Shown piece by piece: positions 59,989-64,000 of a stretch of 64,000 bases of DNA. The stretch's first letter is position 1. Every line of letters begins with the position of its first letter. A program made the position numbers and the translations under genes. The notes below the pieces were generated by a model. That model had not been told where the DNA came from and did not search any database. It saw nothing but the letters and a program-made list of their open reading frames with translations. This DNA is from Scyliorhinus canicula (Eukaryota), in the NCBI RefSeq assembly GCF_902713615.1, contig NC_052146.1:195071199-195135198 (forward strand). The letters are read 5' to 3'.

Positions 59989-62190
59989 ACCCCCTTTTCT
60001 TAAATATATTTTCTATGTGGCAGAGAAAATTGGACAACAAGATAAGTATTAATCATGAGATGTATATCTGTACAAGCAAAACTTGAGTAATGACTACACA
60101 ATAATGCAATATTTTATAAGTTCAGTCTGTTTGGTTTTCTTCGTCGCCTTGATCTTCTAAGCTGACGAGGTGGTGAATCTGAAGCTTTCACAGTCTTGTG
60201 CATGTCATCTGAATTTTTGGTATGCAGTAGATTGTCACAAAATATTGAGTCAGTGAAGTTTAAATTTGGAAAAATTTGGTGTAATCGAATTTTTTGCAAA
60301 GCACGTCTGTCACACTGATTTTACTATAGGAACGTGGAGCTGCTTGCCTAATAATTGTGGCTGGCGCAGACCATCCTCCTGGATTTTTGCTTCTGACAAG
60401 GTCATCCTTTGTCAGTGGTTCCAATTGAGATGCATGTCTGTCGTAATATGATTGTTGTCTTGAACGCTCTTCAATCTTCTTCAGAACAGGAAAATGGTCT
60501 GGATTCTGCAGTCTGATTGCTGGTAAGGTAGTCCTGAGATCCCTGTTAAATAACATTTGAGCCGACGAGAGTCCTGAAGAGAGTGGTGTAGCTCTATAAG
60601 ATAACAACACAAGATGGATATCTGACATCGAGTCATTTGCTTTACTAATCAACTGACTATGTGAACACCCTCTCTACCTTGCCATTGGACTGAGGGTCGA
60701 GAGGACTGATGTTACATGCATGATGTTATATTTTTTCGAGAATTCGGACCATTCCAAACTTGCAAAACATGGACCGTTGTCCGATATTACAGAATCCGGT
60801 ATTTCATGTTTTGGGAATGTTTCTTTACACGCTTTGTCAAGTCTGGAAGTTTCATAACTTCTGGGTAGTTAGAATAATAATCCATTATTAAGACGTAGTC
60901 TCGACCAGTTGAATGAAATAGGTCAACCCCTACTTTGGTCCGAGGAGATGTAACCAGTTTGTGTTGTTGAAGGGTCTTCTTGCATTGCACAGGTTGGTGT
61001 CTTTGACAGGTTTCGCAGGTGATTATCATGTCAGTGATGTCCTTGTTTATTCCCGGCCAGTAGACTGCCTGTTGTGCTCTTCGTTTACATTTTTCGATAC
61101 CGACGTGTCCCTCGTGAATCTTTTCAAGTTTGTCAGAACAAATACATTGTGGAATAACAATTCGATCCAATCTCAATAGTAGACCATCAACGATTGTCAA
61201 ATCAGATTGTATGTTACCATATTGAGGACATCGCCCTTTCGGCCACCCATGTTGAAGATGGTGCATGACCCTCTGAAGTGTAGCATCCTTCTTCATTTCT
61301 AACTTGATTAATTGCAGTTTTTCGTCTGATGCAGGAAGGTTTTCCGCACAGAGTTGAGCCTGAGCTTCACCATCACGTATACATTCCATTGGTGTACTAT
61401 TAGTTGCTATGGATCGTGATAAAGTGTCTGCAATAATTAACTCTTTTCCATGTGTGTAAATTAAATTGAAATCATGCCGTCATAATTACATCATTATTCT
61501 TTGACGTCTGGGCGTCATATCATTTAAATCTTTATCAATGATGTGGGCCAACAGCCTGTGATCCGTTTCAACTGTGAAGGTTGGGAGTCCATATACATAA
61601 TCATGGAATTTGGGTATTCCTGTCAAAAGACCTAGATGTTCCTTCTCAATTTGTGCGTATCTGCATTCCATTGCTGTCATTGCTCTTGAAGTATATGCTA
61701 CAGGAATCCAATCAGAATTTTCATCTTGTTGTAAGAGAACTGTGCCTATCCCATCCTGACTTGGACCAGTGGATATTTTGGTTGCTCTTTTCGGATCGAA
61801 GAAAGCGAGTATTGGTGCAGTCATAAGCTGTGTTGTTAAATCTGTCCATTCTTTCTAATGGCTCTGCGTCCACTCAAAGGTAATAGATTTTCTGATTACA
61901 TTTCTCAATGCTGTTGTTCTTGCTGACAAGTTGGAGACAAACTTGCCAAGAAAATTGACGAAGTCCAAAAATCTGAGAACAGCTTTCTTGCCTCCTGGTA
62001 TCTTCATGTTCTGAATTGCCGCTATCTTACCATCATCAGGTCTGACACCTTGATGAGAAATGGTATCTCCCAAGAATTTAAATGAAGACTGTGCATTTCG
62101 CTTGATGTAGTTTGAGTCCAAACTTGTTGATGCGCTCGAATACTTGTTTTAAACATTTAATGTGTTCTTCCCTGGTTGTGGACCAAATGA
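59989..62190 (-). mobile_element. Ty3/Gypsy LTR retrotransposon internal region (RT end, RNase H, integrase); 5'-truncated and degraded
   Basis: FLGDTIS (RT), YAQIEKE (RNase H), IHEGH...CETC (integrase zinc finger), GVDLF, YRATP. Polypurine tract TTAAGAAAAGGGGG at 60003-59990. Confidence 0.92.
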
Positions 62191-62220
62191 GAGCATGTTG
62201 TACAGGGGACAGAAATTAAT

Positions 62221-62544
62221 ATAGAACAGTACAGCACAGAACAGGCCCTTCGGCCCTCGATGTTGTGCCGAGCAATGATCACCCTACTTAAACCCACGTA
62301 ACCCGTATACCCGTAACCCAACAATCCCCCCATTAACCTTACACTAAGGGCAATTTAGCATGGCCAATCCACCTAACCCGCACATTTTTGGACTGTGGGA
62401 GGGAACCGGAGCACCCGGAGGAAACCCACGCACACACGGGGAGGACGTGCAGACTCCACACAGACAGTGACCCAGCCGGGAATCGAACCTGGGACCCTGG
62501 AGCTGTGAAGCATTGATGCTAACCACCATGCTACCGTGAGGCCC
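62221..62544 (-). mobile_element. Long HE1-type V-SINE (young; closely similar to 19713-20061)
   Basis: Near-identical translated ORFs 19465..19914 (end) and 62344..62529. Confidence 0.92.
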
Positions 62545-63250
62545 TAATTACATTTCACTAAAATGAAAGAAGTACACAGGAATCTGGAAGGAGTGTTTGC
62601 GGCCTTGGACATCGAGGGGAGTTGACATAAAATGATCGGTGTATCTCGGGCTTGCACAAAAAGGTGCAACGGGAAGTGGATGGGGTGTTGAGGTGAGTGA
62701 GGAGTGAACCAGGGTATCACAGAGGGGAACAATCTTTTTGAAACCCTGAAAAGGGAGGGGACGATGTGTTTGGTGGTGACTCCATGATGGAAACGGCGGA
62801 GGATGATCCATTGAATATGGATGCTGTTTGAGTGGAAGGTGAAGTCAAGGCAGACCCTATGATCATTCTGAAAGGGAGGAGAAGGATTGAGAGCAGGAAA
62901 TAGATCAGACTCAGCCAATCAGACTCTGGTCCCTGTCCCTAGTTGCCTTTTGACACTCTGCTTACTTTTGTTCTGCCATTAACACATACTTTATGCACCA
63001 CTATCAGCACCCTTCTTAGCCTTAATCACCCCCATTTACGTTCCCTTTGTCAATCTCCACCTGTTGCTGGCCTTCTATCCAGTCCCACTGCTCCACGCCC
63101 CCCACAACTGTATAAATCTGACCTTATTTCCAGCTTTGATAAAGAGTCACCCAGACTCGAAATGTTAGCTCCCTTTTCTCTCCACAGATGCTGTCAGTTC
63201 TGCTGAGATCATCCAATATATTCAGTTTTTGTTTGAATTATTCCACATCG
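62545..63250. mobile_element. Penelope-like fragments (minus-strand ORF remnant 62545-62915; plus-strand terminus 62930-63250)
   Basis: Remnant peptides TPLDVQGRKHSF and IQWIILRRF resemble the PLE RT/GIY-YIG linker; terminal repeat with hammerhead-like motif. Confidence 0.6.
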
Positions 63251-63692
63251 TTCAGATCCTGTCTTAAGGAGTCTATTTCTACACACATCAAAGGCCTAAA
63301 CAACACTCGTGAGACCACCAGGAATAACTATCATGATGGTGTTAGTGATTGCCCCCTCGCCAACGTCCTTGTTGTTTCCCTCTCTTCTCCCTCTCCTCTT
63401 CTCTCCCAAGCCTTCCATGTGAGTGAGGGCTCGGGAGAGGGGCAGCGAGCTGCGGGGAGGGAGAGGGGCGCTCAGTGGGAAAGGTTGGGATGATCAGTGA
63501 GTGGGAAAAGTTGGGAGAACCACTGAGTAGGAAGGATCAAAGAGCTTTGGGATAGTGGTGGTGAGCGAATTGGCAAGAAGCGTTTAAAAAGCCGACTCTT
63601 CTTTCGCACTTTTTGCTGCTTTTTCCCATTGGGGGGTGGGTGCGCAGTAACTGAATTAGAGCAAACAAAATGGAGGCAGTGCTGTTTGGGTA

Positions 63693-63894
63693 CAACATAG
63701 AACATACAGTGCAGAAGGAGGCCATTCGGCCCATCAAGTCTGCACCGACCCACTTCCACCCTATCCCCGTAACCCAATAACCCCTCCTAACCTTTTTTGG
63801 ACACTGAGGGCAATTTAACATGGCCTAACCTTCATGTTTTTGGACTGTGGGAGGAAACCGGAGCACCCGGAGGAAACCCACGCAGACACGGAGA
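63693..63894 (-). mobile_element. Long HE1-type V-SINE, 5'-truncated
   Basis: Tail acatagaacatacagtgcagaagg. Confidence 0.85.
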
Positions 63895-64000
63895 GATCTC
63901 GGTGTCCATGTCCATAGATCCCTGAAAGTTGCCACCCAGGTTGAGAGGGTTGTTAAGAAGGCGTATGGTGTGTTAGCTTTTATTGGTAGAGGAATTGAGT
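63895..64000 (+). mobile_element. CR1 RT fragment running off the window
   Basis: DLGVHVHRSLKVATQVERVVKKAYGVLAFIGRGIE. Confidence 0.85.

Noticed and set aside
63380-63692. Possible promoter or CR1 5' UTR near the right edge
   Set aside because: Purine-rich with a TTTAAAA word and an ATG, but cut by a SINE and too short to call.

Overview
This is vertebrate genomic DNA, very probably from a shark (abundant HE1-type V-SINEs, DeuSINEs and shark-type CR1/L2/Penelope repeats; a catshark is only a guess). Three spliced protein-coding genes can be rebuilt by eye with clean GT-AG boundaries. URB2 (minus strand) has its first three coding exons here, including a 3349-bp exon, and continues left of the window. 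TAF5L (plus strand) is complete at 587 aa and shares a CpG-island bidirectional promoter with URB2 at ~14.5-14.8 kb. SMIM26 (plus strand) is a 2-coding-exon, 110-aa microprotein gene. The rest is dominated by retroelements: one full-length L1 with a 16-bp TSD inserted into a Gypsy LTR, two truncated L1s, CR1/L2/RTE/Rex/Penelope fragments and more than 35 SINEs. The most interesting observations are: minimal hammerhead-ribozyme-like motifs at several Penelope-type termini; a 35-unit minisatellite at the TAF5L 5' end whose unit is a splice-donor motif; one SINE head carrying three different tails with different insertion signatures; a fold-back SINE-tail hairpin; and an L1 with a precise 640-nt 5' deletion bounded by GT..AG. 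I found no evidence for a wholly new gene system. All calls are from inspection and recalled family motifs, with no database search, and repeat boundaries are approximate unless a TSD is quoted.
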